A model generated the notes under the pieces. That model searched no databases. It was not told where the DNA came from and saw only the letters and a program-made list of their open reading frames with translations. A stretch of 64,000 nucleotides of DNA from Thermodesulfobacteriota bacterium. Its GTDB lineage: Bacteria; Desulfobacterota; RBG-13-43-22. A program made the position numbers and the translations under genes. Positions 30,417-40,206 of this stretch are shown here, piece by piece; position 1 is the stretch's first letter; every line of letters begins with the position of its first letter. The stretch is from assembly GCA_040755035.1 (NCBI GenBank), contig JBFMBU010000030.1:41045-105044 (forward strand), read 5' to 3'.

Positions 30417-32405
30417 TCAGGTTTCATCCAGGACCAGGCGTACCTTCCGGGCCAGAATGTTGACGGAAAAAGGTTTTTGAATAAAATTCATCTCTTTCTT
30501 TGAAATGCCGTGCCGGATCACGGCATCGTCGGTGTAACCCGACATAAAGATGACCTTCAAATCCGGCCGTAACGCTATCAGGTGATCCCTGAGTTCCCGT
30601 CCGCTCATGCCGGGCATTACCACATCGGTAATCAGGAGTTGAATGGGAGGGCTTTCCTGGTCTTTGAAGAACCGAAGGGCCTCCCGGCCCCCTTCGGTCA
30701 GCCAGACCTGATAGCCCAACTCCTGAAGGGTTTTCTTGATGATTTTACCCACTTCTTTTTCATCTTCGACCACCAGGATGGTTTCCGATCCTTGGAGCCG
30801 GGTCTGGGGATCGGCCACCATTTCTTCCGATTCGGGGGATTCCTCTATCCGGGGCAGGTAGAGGTCGAAGGTCGTTCCTTTGTATAATTCACTTTGAACC
30901 CAGATGTTCCCCCCACTTTGTTTGATGATCCCGTATATGGTGGAAAGCCCCAAGCCGGTTCCTTTCCCCAGCTCTTTGGTGGTAAAAAAGGGTTCAAACA
31001 GGCGGCTTTTAACCTCAGGCGGCATTCCTGAACCGGTATCAATCACCGACAGTTTGACATAGGGACCGGGGATAACGCCGGGATGGGTTTGGGCATAAGC
31101 CTGATCCAGCAAGGTGTTTTTGGTCTCTATAGTCAGTTTGCCTCCGTAAGGCATGGCATCCCTGGCGTTGACCGACAGATTGAGAATGACCTGTTCAATC
31201 TGGCCCGGGTCGGTTTTTACTTTACCCAAATCTTTCCCTAAGGAAAATATGATTTGAATATCCTCCCCCAGGATACGGGAAAGCATATTTTTCATATTAC
31301 CCAGTAATTCATTCAGATCCACCACCTTCATCTCCAGAAGTTGACGGCGACTGAAGGCCAACAGTTGTCGGGTCAGCTCAGAAGCCCGGTTTCCGGCCTG
31401 CTTGATCTGTTCGATTTCTTCCCCGATCGGCTCTCCTTGTTCAATTTTTAAGGCCGATAATTCACAATAGCCCTGGATGATGGTCAGCAGGTTGTTGAAA
31501 TCATGGGCCACCCCCCCGGCCAAACGCCCTATGGCCTCCATTTTTTGCGATTGTCGAAGCTGTTCCTCCAGGATATTTTTTTCCTTTTCCGCCAGCCGTC
31601 TTTCATCCAATTCCCTTTCCAACCGGATATTGGCCATGGCCAGGTCCTTGGTCCGTCTGCCTACCTCCTCCTCGAGGTGTTTTCGGTGCATTTCCAACTC
31701 CCGGTCCCGTTGTTGGATCTGGTCCAGCATTTCGTTGAACCCTTGTCCCAGGGCGCTTAGTTCATCCTCTTCAAACAGGGAGGCGCGCAAGTCATAATTC
31801 TTTTCTCGGGAAATGGTCCCCATCAACCGAACCAGGTTGCTTAACGGAGTGGTGATGGTGCGGTGCAATTGGGACAAAAGGAAATAGGCTGCCCCCAGGG
31901 ACAGGATAAGGACAATGGCAACCGTTACGCCATAACGGATGATCAAGAAATAGAATTTCCCCAAATCGGATTGAAGTCCGATTTTTCCGACAACCCTATT
32001 GTTGAAAAAAACGGGTTGCACCAGGGTCAGGGTATTGATCCCGAATTTGACCTCCCCTTCTTTAAGCGAGGGTTGTCTGTCCCCGGGTTTCGATCCCGGT
32101 CTTTGATAGACGGCGAAAACCTCTCCCTCCGGGGAATAGATGACGGCCAAACGGATATTGGGCCAGGATTGCAAGGTGGCAAGAGTTTCAGCCGCCGCCT
32201 TGGGGTCGTTAAATATCAAGGCTGAGGCCGAATGGGTGCCGATCGTCTTGGCCTGGACTCGGAGATCTTTGACCAGAGAATTGCGGGTGTCCAGGAGTTC
32301 TTTAACCAGCAGAGCCAAAAACGCCAAGCCCAGGGCCACGGTTGTGGTCAGCAGACCGATTCGGATCAGCTTTCCTTTGATGGATTTTTTTGATAATTTT
32401 AACAT
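30417..32405 (-). CDS. Hybrid sensor histidine kinase / response regulator
   Basis: TM, sensor domain, HAMP, H-box VAHDFNNLL, HATPase, C-terminal receiver (LVVEDEKEV...DVVMPGMSG). Confidence 0.85.
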   Translation of the reverse strand: MLKLSKKSIKGKLIRIGLLTTTVALGLAFLALLVKELLDTRNSLVKDLRVQAKTIGTHSASALIFNDPKAAAETLATLQSWPNIRLAVIYSPEGEVFAVYQRPGSKPGDRQPSLKEGEVKFGINTLTLVQPVFFNNRVVGKIGLQSDLGKFYFLIIRYGVTVAIVLILSLGAAYFLLSQLHRTITTPLSNLVRLMGTISREKNYDLRASLFEEDELSALGQGFNEMLDQIQQRDRELEMHRKHLEEEVGRRTKDLAMANIRLERELDERRLAEKEKNILEEQLRQSQKMEAIGRLAGGVAHDFNNLLTIIQGYCELSALKIEQGEPIGEEIEQIKQAGNRASELTRQLLAFSRRQLLEMKVVDLNELLGNMKNMLSRILGEDIQIIFSLGKDLGKVKTDPGQIEQVILNLSVNARDAMPYGGKLTIETKNTLLDQAYAQTHPGVIPGPYVKLSVIDTGSGMPPEVKSRLFEPFFTTKELGKGTGLGLSTIYGIIKQSGGNIWVQSELYKGTTFDLYLPRIEESPESEEMVADPQTRLQGSETILVVEDEKEVGKIIKKTLQELGYQVWLTEGGREALRFFKDQESPPIQLLITDVVMPGMSGRELRDHLIALRPDLKVIFMSGYTDDAVIRHGISKKEMNFIQKPFSVNILARKVRLVLDET

Positions 32406-32428
32406 GGTGTTATAGTTCAGTAGCCGCC

Positions 32429-32989
32429 TCAGGGGTTTTTGCTGATAATCCGGGCCAGCTTGAGTAGATGGGAACTGATCAGAATTCTGTTATTCCGCAC
32501 CGAATCCATATTGATTTCAAACCGGACCCTGTTCCTTTCCAGAAATAAGTTTATCATCACCCCTTGTTGCCCGAAACCATCGGTATCCCCAATGGTCACC
32601 AGCCCTTGAGTATGGGCCTGTTTGACTATTTGATTTATTCGGCCTTTTTCCGATGCGGCGATAAAAAGGATATGACCATCCTTAAAGTCCTGTCCGTAAC
32701 GGATCGGCCGGATGTTCCACTTCCGACCTAGAATTTTTTCCCCTTGAAAAGGGTCAAAGGCGTTCCCGAAGGGGTCTTCCCCCAGAATAAACAGGGTGAG
32801 GTTCATCCCTTGATTGGGCCGGAGCGGTAGATCGATAAATTGAAGAAAGTTATAAATAAAAGCGGCCTTGACCTGATATTGGGTCGGTTTGGTCTCTTGA
32901 GCGGAAACCGGCCATCCGTTCATTTCGAAACCAAGGGTCCCTATGAAAAGCAGGAGCAGAAGAATTGATTTTCGGATGTTTATAAACAT
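32429..32989 (-). CDS. YfiR-like / DUF4154 periplasmic protein
   Basis: Signal peptide; KAAFIYNFLQFI motif typical of DUF4154. Confidence 0.6.
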   Translation of the reverse strand: MFINIRKSILLLLLFIGTLGFEMNGWPVSAQETKPTQYQVKAAFIYNFLQFIDLPLRPNQGMNLTLFILGEDPFGNAFDPFQGEKILGRKWNIRPIRYGQDFKDGHILFIAASEKGRINQIVKQAHTQGLVTIGDTDGFGQQGVMINLFLERNRVRFEINMDSVRNNRILISSHLLKLARIISKNP

Positions 32990-32992
32990 GCC

Positions 32993-35074
32993 TTAAAAGC
33001 GATAAGTCACTTTCAAACGAAAAGTCCGGCCGTCCTGTTGGATGATATCCTGACGATGTTCGGCCCCGCCGGGATCTCCATAGGATTGATCCCCGAGGTT
33101 ATAGACACCGCCGGATATCTCCAGACCGGGGATCAGATTTTGCAGTAAAAGGGTGGCGTTCATAGTCAAAAAGCCGCCGGTGGCATTTCCGCCAAGGGTT
33201 TTACGCCGGCCCATATACCGTAATTCGGGACTGAAAAAGATTTTTTTCTGCAAAAGAGGGATACTCAGCCCGACCCGGGCCAGATGCTTGGGGGAGTTGG
33301 TCAGTTCCTCTCCGCTGACCTGGTTTATGGCCTCCTGCCAGGCGTAGCTTGCCTTGGCTTCAACGCCTTTCAGCCCCCTGATTTCCAATCCCAGTTCCAA
33401 CCCCTTGGCTTCGGTCTTATCGATATTTTGGTAAACCATCAAGCCGTCTTCAGGATCAATGGTTTGACTGATAAGATCATTAATCCTGTAATAATATAGA
33501 GAGGAGTGTCCTCGAAGGTACTTGCCAAGATATTGCTCCCAGATTAATTCATAGGTGGTAATGGTTTCTTTTTTTAGATCGGGATTGGGTTTGCTCGTAT
33601 TTCCCAGATCATGATAATAAAGTTCAAAGACGTTGGGGGTCCGAAAGGCTGTTCCATAGAGCAGTTTAAAAAAGGTCTTTTCCAGTGGATTAAAAATCAG
33701 GGCCAGACGTGGATTGACGGCCCCTCCAAAGGTTTTAAAATAGTCGTACCGTATCCCGGCATTCAGAATCAGGTTCTTTATTATGGAATATTCATCCTGG
33801 ATATACAAGGCCCCGTTCCAACTGCTCCTTTTGTCCTCGAGCAGCATCCGATAGGGTTCCTGATTATAGTTTTTTTGATCCTGTCGGAGATTGTTTGTAT
33901 ATTCCAGACCCAGGATCACTTTGTGTTTTTCAAAGAAGGTCTTGTTTATGCGGGATTCGATCCCCCACCATTGTCCCAATGAGGAATCTTTATTAACCAC
34001 CCCGGAATATAAATAATCTCCTTTATACTGATAATAATCATAAAAAATACGGGCGGTGACATCCGTTCCGTTTTTAAAACCGCGCTGATATTTCAAATCA
34101 AGGTAAGCCCGTCCGTCAAGGGTTTGATTGCCCGGATGGTTGAAATCTGTCCCGTAGTAACCCGTAGGAATGGTTTTTTCCCGTTTATTCCAGCCCCCCT
34201 GGAATTTGAAATCTTTAAAGGAAACGGTTGAAAAAATGTTGCAAAAACCTTCCCGGTCCACCCTTTCGGCCAGCCCATGGTTGCTGGAAGGGGAATCATA
34301 TTCTCTGAAATAAAGCCGCTCATTGCCCCCTGAGCTATAAAAGGACCCCGAAAGAAGCATCTCCATCTCGGTTAAGAATTTATTGCCATAAGTCAGTCGG
34401 CCTTTATAGGTTTTCAGGCTTCCGGCTTCGGTAGAGGCCTCCAATCCGTTAATGGATTTCCCGGGTCTGGTAATGACATGGATGGAGGCGAAAAAAGCGT
34501 TGCTGCCGTATAGGGATGAACCGGGGCCGCGGGTGAATTCGATGCGGTCGATCAGGTCGACGTCCAGGATAAACTCGTTACCCAGCAGCAAGCTGTCATA
34601 AATGTTATCATTGACTCGGTGCCCGTCGATCAATAAAAGGATGCGGGAATTATAATCCCCCGGTCGGCCGAATCCCCTGACCCCCAGGTAACTGTAGTTC
34701 CGGTCGTTGGTCACAAATACGCCCCGGACACTGCGCAAAATTTCCGCCAGGGACCTCCAGCCGTATTTTTTTATTTCATTGGCCGTCACGATGGAAACCG
34801 AAGAGGGGGCCTCGGTGATCTTCTGTTCAAATTTTGAGGCCCCATATACCCTGGCCACCTCGATTTCCATAAGTTGCTCCAGGGTCATCTTTTTTAAATC
34901 GACGATAGAGGGGACCTCCTGAGCTTGTAAGAATCCCGCCGGGATTAACAGGGAAAGGATAACAAAGCAAAAAATGGGAAAACATAACAAAAAAAAGGAT
35001 CTTATTACAAAAACCATCGCAAACATCGATCGCTCCGCCTGAAAACAAAACCTTTTGGCCTTTTGTAACCTCAC
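32993..35074 (-). CDS. TonB-dependent outer-membrane receptor
   Basis: Length 693 aa; plug and barrel domains; C-terminal ...LKVTYRF. Confidence 0.8.
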   Translation of the reverse strand: MRLQKAKRFCFQAERSMFAMVFVIRSFFLLCFPIFCFVILSLLIPAGFLQAQEVPSIVDLKKMTLEQLMEIEVARVYGASKFEQKITEAPSSVSIVTANEIKKYGWRSLAEILRSVRGVFVTNDRNYSYLGVRGFGRPGDYNSRILLLIDGHRVNDNIYDSLLLGNEFILDVDLIDRIEFTRGPGSSLYGSNAFFASIHVITRPGKSINGLEASTEAGSLKTYKGRLTYGNKFLTEMEMLLSGSFYSSGGNERLYFREYDSPSSNHGLAERVDREGFCNIFSTVSFKDFKFQGGWNKREKTIPTGYYGTDFNHPGNQTLDGRAYLDLKYQRGFKNGTDVTARIFYDYYQYKGDYLYSGVVNKDSSLGQWWGIESRINKTFFEKHKVILGLEYTNNLRQDQKNYNQEPYRMLLEDKRSSWNGALYIQDEYSIIKNLILNAGIRYDYFKTFGGAVNPRLALIFNPLEKTFFKLLYGTAFRTPNVFELYYHDLGNTSKPNPDLKKETITTYELIWEQYLGKYLRGHSSLYYYRINDLISQTIDPEDGLMVYQNIDKTEAKGLELGLEIRGLKGVEAKASYAWQEAINQVSGEELTNSPKHLARVGLSIPLLQKKIFFSPELRYMGRRKTLGGNATGGFLTMNATLLLQNLIPGLEISGGVYNLGDQSYGDPGGAEHRQDIIQQDGRTFRLKVTYRF

Positions 35075-35133
35075 CTTGTTATTATCGGCAAGTTAATTGA
35101 AAAAGTAAAATAAAAAACGGATCCATCTGCCGG

Positions 35134-36024
35134 TCAAAACCCGCCGACGACTTCAAAGGGATTGGATAATAGGCTCAGGGGCATTTGTTCGAAAGGGCGC
35201 TGACAGAACTCCAAACGCAGGCGGTAGCGGCCGGGCTTGAGGGCCTGGGGCAGGGTGAGATCGATTTGGCGGGAGGACTCCCGGTCCGGGATGGGCAGGC
35301 AGTCGTCGGTGGATAAAGTCTGAAGTTTGATCTCATTGGTCTTTTGGTTGTCCTCCGGATCGCTGATCAGGTCCGCCTGAGGGCGAATGCCGAACCCGAA
35401 GTTGCTTACCGAGGCCAGGGAAAGACGCAAGGGCCGACCGGGAAGGTATCGATCCAGATCGGTGGAAAGGTACATACGCCGGTTGTAATCGCTTTCCGTG
35501 CTATCCACCCCGGAAGTGGCCGCCTCCCAGAACCGGGGCCGGGCCGCATCCAGATGGATCTCCTTCCCGCCGTAATGTCCGACGCCGCAGCATTTTTTTT
35601 GCCGGATGAGCTCCCAGAACGCCTTCCCCTCAATTCCTTCGATAAAGAAATCCAAAGCCAATCCATCGATATGGGTGCTGGTCTTGGCCACGATACCCCC
35701 GGCTTTTTTCAGATCGGCATTATATTCCGGGCTGCGGTAGCCGGAGGTCAGAAAAATTATTTTCTCGGGAGCGACCAGATCAGAAAAATGGTCCAGCATA
35801 AAGAGTAAACGGGGAGAAATGTGATCCCCTTTCCTTTGGGGGATAAAACCGAAGACCTTATCGATTTCTTCCAGAGCGGACTCATTGAGGGAACCGTCAG
35901 GCAGCAGCAGATCAACCCGGGCTTCTTGTTTGGTTTTGACGCTCCGGATATGGAGTTGACCGTTGCCCATTAGAAAAAAGGGGCCGGCCGGGTTTGGGCC
36001 AAGGCCTGGAGCGGTGAAAACCAT
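35134..36024 (-). CDS. DUF882 / peptidase-M15-like (YcbK-type) protein; N-terminus possibly disrupted by a frameshift
   Basis: SGYRSPEYN...TSTHIDGLALDF motif. No signal peptide in this frame, but a signal-peptide-like ORF (35970..36233) overlaps in the +1 frame across an A6G4 homopolymer. Confidence 0.6.
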   Translation of the reverse strand: MVFTAPGLGPNPAGPFFLMGNGQLHIRSVKTKQEARVDLLLPDGSLNESALEEIDKVFGFIPQRKGDHISPRLLFMLDHFSDLVAPEKIIFLTSGYRSPEYNADLKKAGGIVAKTSTHIDGLALDFFIEGIEGKAFWELIRQKKCCGVGHYGGKEIHLDAARPRFWEAATSGVDSTESDYNRRMYLSTDLDRYLPGRPLRLSLASVSNFGFGIRPQADLISDPEDNQKTNEIKLQTLSTDDCLPIPDRESSRQIDLTLPQALKPGRYRLRLEFCQRPFEQMPLSLLSNPFEVVGGF

Positions 36025-36347
36025 AGGAAAGAAGTGAAAAAAAGCAGACCGAGAACAAGGGCCGGAAAGGGAAAACGGAAAAGGGGATGTCTGTTTTTTT
36101 CGGCCTGATGGAAAAACGGACTATTCCGGGCCTCCGGGGAGAATGACCTGATCTTCAAGCAGGTAACGCGAACGGATTTCCATTCCCGCAGGGTTACGTT
36201 TTGTTCCAATATTCCAGGCCCTTTCTTTTCCACCCGGTTATCTTAACTGATCGTTATCATAGGCAGATCCCGGTCTGCTGCCTTTTTGAAATAACCCTCT
36301 CCTTTTCTCCCCGGTTGATTATCCCCCTCCATCACAAGAGCAGCGCT

Positions 36348-36803
36348 TCAGGCCAGGGATCGGCTGTTTTTGATCAATCGTTTGGCCTGATCCACCAGGG
36401 CCTTTTTTTCTTCAGCGGAAAATCCGTCCAGCATGCCCTCCAGACGCCGGTCATGTTCCATTTCGATTTTTCTGAGGGTTTTCTTGCCCTGGGCCGTAAT
36501 TTCCAAAAGGGTGGCCCGCTCGTCCCGGGCGTCGGATTTTCTTAAGATAAATCCCCCCTTTTCCAGACGTTTGGCCAGGCCGGTCATATTGGCACCGGGA
36601 ACCAGCATAATACGGCTGACTTCGGTGATCCGACTTTGGCCGTTGGCCGAGGCGTCCAGGACCCTGAGGATATTGTATTGGGGAAAGGAGAGGTTATATT
36701 TTTTAAAAATCGCGGAAAAGACCCTTTTAAAAGTTTCCGCAGCCCTGATCACCCCCATCAGGACCTTTTCCTCTGGACTAAGATCGCTTCGATAACCGGC
36801 CAT
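36348..36803 (-). CDS. MarR-family transcriptional regulator
   Basis: wHTH MarR-like; start taken at MAGYRSD. Confidence 0.8.
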   Translation of the reverse strand: MAGYRSDLSPEEKVLMGVIRAAETFKRVFSAIFKKYNLSFPQYNILRVLDASANGQSRITEVSRIMLVPGANMTGLAKRLEKGGFILRKSDARDERATLLEITAQGKKTLRKIEMEHDRRLEGMLDGFSAEEKKALVDQAKRLIKNSRSLA

Positions 36804-37035
36804 GGTCTGCCGACTCCTTCCATAATTTTTACTCAGGCAGGGATTATAAGGTAATATAGCAAAAAAAACCTTTAATGGCAAGAAGTAAGAGCCTTGATAT
36901 TACATAAATTGATATTATATAAATTGACATAATTTGTATTTTTTGATAGGAAAACCAAGGTGAATAGATCATAATGAAAAGTCTTAAGACCGAGCCACCG
37001 GCGACCTTAACCCCTGCAACGGAAAGGGAACCACC

Positions 37036-39138
37036 ATGGAAGAAATAAGAAAAGTAAGGACCGTCTGCCGCAGCTGCCACGGCGGGTGCGGGGTAATGGC
37101 CACGGTTAAAAACAACCGGGTGGTCAAAATTGAAGGAGATCCGGATTCCCCCATCAGCTTCGGGACCTTATGCAGCAAGGGCATGGGCATCACTCAGATC
37201 GCCTACCATCCGGACCGCATCCTCCACCCTCTGAAAAAAACCCCCCGGGGTTGGGAGCGGATCACCTGGGATGAGGCCCTGGATACGATAGCGGCAAGTT
37301 TTAAAAAGGTTATCCGGGAATACGGGCCGGAATCCCTTTTCATCGGCCAGGGGACGGGCCGGGATTACGAAAGTCATTTTTCCCGCTTCGGCAATCTCCT
37401 GGGAACCCCCAATGTGTTGACCGCCGGACATATGTGTTATTTGTCCCGCATCGGGGCTTCTTTGATAACCTGCGGCCGTTTTCCGGTCTGCGATTATGAA
37501 GGGGAGCCGAAATGCATCGTCCTCTGGGCCGTCAATCCCTTATGGACCAATCCGGATGAATACAAGGGAGCCGGTTTCTGGCGGGCTTATAAGAAAGGGG
37601 CCAAATTGATCGTCATCGACCCCCGTAAAAATTTTTATACCCGGAAGGCCGACCTCTGGCTCAAACTCCGACCCGGTACCGACGCGGCTTTGGCCATGGG
37701 ATTTCACCAGGTCATCATCGAAGAAGAGCTTTACGACAAAGCGTTCGTAACCCATTACATTCACGGATGGGAAGCCTTCGTGGACAGGGTCAGGGACTAT
37801 CCCCTTTATAAAGTAGAACAGATCACCGGTGTGGATGAAGAGCTGATCCGGGAAGCGGCCAGGGTCTATGCCCGCACCAAACCCGCTGCCATTCATTGGG
37901 GGGTGCCGACCGAGCAGACCATCAACTGCACGGATTTCACCCGGGCGGCTATCGGACTCATGGCCTCCAGCGGTAATCTGGACGCCCCCGGAGGAAATGT
38001 CTTTCACGTTCCCCCCAAGGTCCGTAAGGTATCGGAATTTTCCCGCCATGACGCCCTCTCTCCACAGCAAAGGGCAAAAAGACTGGGGGGCGAGCAATAC
38101 AAATTGGCGGCCCGAATGGCCCTGATCACCCCCAAACCGGCCTGGGAAGCCATGCTGACCGGCAAACCTTATCCCCTTAAAGCCGGCATCTTTGTCGGCA
38201 CCAATCCGGTGATTACCGAGGCCAATGCCAAAACCATCTATGCCGCCCTGCAGAAACTTGATTTTTTGGCCGTCTCTGATTTCTTCCTCACCCCAACGGC
38301 TGAATTGGCTCATATCTTCCTGCCGGCCGGTACCTGGCTGGAGCAGAACCATATGGCCGAAAACTGGAAGTTTCACGGTTATGTCCTGGCCAGGCAAAAA
38401 GTAGTAGAGATCGGTGAATGCTGGCAGGATCATAAAATATTTCAAGAACTGGGCAAACGGATGGGGCAGGAATGGTGGGGCTCGGTGGAAGAGGCTTTGG
38501 ATTATCTTTTGGAACCTACGGGTTTGAACTGGGAACAATTCAAGGAAAAGGGCTGGCTCAAAGGAGAGATGGAATATTACAAATATCGTAAAGGAGGATT
38601 TTCCACCCCCACCCGCAAGGTGGAACTCTATTCCACCACTCTGGAAGACTGGGGCCATGACCCTTTACCTAAATTCACGGAGATTCCGGAAAGTCCTGTC
38701 TCCCGCCCCGACCTGGCCAAAGAGTATCCTTATATCCTCAATGCCGGATTAAGAACCCCGGTCTTTTTCCATTCCGCCAACCGTCAGGTCCCCTGGCTGC
38801 GGGAGATCCGCCCCGACCCGACGGTGGAGCTCCATCCGGATACGGCCAAAAACCATGGGATCAAAGAGGCCGATTGGATCTGGATTGAATCCCCCCGGGG
38901 TCGCGTCAAACAGAAAGTCAAACTCAATGAGGGTATCGATCCGGGCCTGGTGGTGGCCGAACACGGCTGGTGGTTCCCGGAAATCAAAGACCCCGGCCAT
39001 GGCTGGGATGTATCCAATATCAATGTCCTGACCGATGATTCTCATGAGTCCATGGATCCGGTCATGGGCGCGACCAACCTTCGGGTCTTATTATGTAACA
39101 TCGCCCCTTGCGACCAGGATCAGGAGGCCGGATTATGA
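37036..39138 (+). CDS. Molybdopterin (bis-MGD) oxidoreductase catalytic subunit, cytoplasmic (no Tat signal)
   Basis: N-terminal CRSCHGGCGV 4Fe-4S motif, MopB-type domains, 700 aa. Confidence 0.85.
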   Translation: MEEIRKVRTVCRSCHGGCGVMATVKNNRVVKIEGDPDSPISFGTLCSKGMGITQIAYHPDRILHPLKKTPRGWERITWDEALDTIAASFKKVIREYGPESLFIGQGTGRDYESHFSRFGNLLGTPNVLTAGHMCYLSRIGASLITCGRFPVCDYEGEPKCIVLWAVNPLWTNPDEYKGAGFWRAYKKGAKLIVIDPRKNFYTRKADLWLKLRPGTDAALAMGFHQVIIEEELYDKAFVTHYIHGWEAFVDRVRDYPLYKVEQITGVDEELIREAARVYARTKPAAIHWGVPTEQTINCTDFTRAAIGLMASSGNLDAPGGNVFHVPPKVRKVSEFSRHDALSPQQRAKRLGGEQYKLAARMALITPKPAWEAMLTGKPYPLKAGIFVGTNPVITEANAKTIYAALQKLDFLAVSDFFLTPTAELAHIFLPAGTWLEQNHMAENWKFHGYVLARQKVVEIGECWQDHKIFQELGKRMGQEWWGSVEEALDYLLEPTGLNWEQFKEKGWLKGEMEYYKYRKGGFSTPTRKVELYSTTLEDWGHDPLPKFTEIPESPVSRPDLAKEYPYILNAGLRTPVFFHSANRQVPWLREIRPDPTVELHPDTAKNHGIKEADWIWIESPRGRVKQKVKLNEGIDPGLVVAEHGWWFPEIKDPGHGWDVSNINVLTDDSHESMDPVMGATNLRVLLCNIAPCDQDQEAGL

Positions 39139-39587
39139 AAAACAAAACCCTGACCATTTATAAAGAAGATTGCTGCGGCTGTCATGCCTGTGAAGTGGCC
39201 TGTAAACAGGAACATCAGCTCGGGGTCGGCCCTCGCTTGATCCGGGTTAACGAAAAAACGCCTTTCTTTATTCCGATCTATTGTCACCACTGCGCCAAGC
39301 CGCCCTGTCGGGACGTCTGCCCGGTGGAGGCCATTTATCGAAATGACCAGGGGGTGGTCCTTATCAAAGAAGAAGACTGTATCGGCTGCCGGGAATGCCT
39401 GACCGCCTGTCCCTTCGGAGCCATGCAGTTTGATGAGGAAAAGGAGACGGCGGTTAAGTGCGACCTCTGCCTGGACCGGATTCAACAGGGACTGCCCCCG
39501 GCCTGCTCCCAGATCTGTCCCACCCGTTGTATTTTTTGGGGGGAAACGACGGTCCTTTTGGATAAGATGGCCGCTGAACAGGGATAA
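39135..39587 (+). CDS. 4x[4Fe-4S] ferredoxin-type electron-transfer subunit
   Basis: Four Cys clusters; ATGA overlap with the catalytic subunit. Confidence 0.8.
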   Translation: MKNKTLTIYKEDCCGCHACEVACKQEHQLGVGPRLIRVNEKTPFFIPIYCHHCAKPPCRDVCPVEAIYRNDQGVVLIKEEDCIGCRECLTACPFGAMQFDEEKETAVKCDLCLDRIQQGLPPACSQICPTRCIFWGETTVLLDKMAAEQG

Positions 39588-39674
39588 ATCTTTAAGGGTG
39601 GGCAAGAGAAAAGAAGGTGGTTTCTCAAAAATGATCGGGTCCTTCAACCCGGAACAGAGGTCTTAGTTGGCTTT

Positions 39675-39998
39675 TTATAGACTCCGCCCTGAACCCGACA
39701 ACCCTCCTGATTTTTTCAAAATACAACTCCCCGGGTCAAACCGGGCCGCTTTTTTGAAAAAGTGGTTGAAAAATACCGCTCCCAGACCGGCTACGAGGTA
39801 ATAGGCTTTCAGAATCGGTGTTCCATGGATCAGCCCCAAACAAAGAGCCGGTTCCGAAGTCACCTCCCGGATCCTTAAAATATGATAACCCGTATATTCA
39901 ATGCCTAAAAGCGTGGAAAAGTAAGCCAGCCAAACCAAAGACATAAGGGCGGCCACCAGAAATTCCAAAAAGTATTCAAGATAAGTTTTATCTGCCAT
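39675..39998 (-). CDS. Small membrane protein (about 3 TM), function unknown
   Basis: Hydrophobic segments; start taken at MADKTYLEYF. Confidence 0.35.
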   Translation of the reverse strand: MADKTYLEYFLEFLVAALMSLVWLAYFSTLLGIEYTGYHILRIREVTSEPALCLGLIHGTPILKAYYLVAGLGAVFFNHFFKKAARFDPGSCILKKSGGLSGSGRSL

Positions 39999-40206
39999 GA
40001 GCCTCTTGTTGCCTACCCCCGGTGACAATGCCAATCGGGCTTTTTGGCAGGCAGTGTACACTATTCAAAGGGTATTCCAAGATATCTTTCATACCGGATT
40101 CAGGTTAAAAATTCGGGCCGATTAATAAAACTTATGTAATTTAACTTGACAAGTTATTTTGTAAGTTGTATGTAAATATTTACAACTTACCCCTGGACCA
40201 AAGGTC

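Noticed and set aside
39730-39757. Hairpin-plus-T-run (ccccgggtcaaaccgggccgctttttt) downstream of the Mo-enzyme operon
   Set aside because: It lies inside the C-terminal coding region of the convergent small membrane-protein ORF and has a weak stem. It may still act as a terminator, but I could not separate that from coding sequence.
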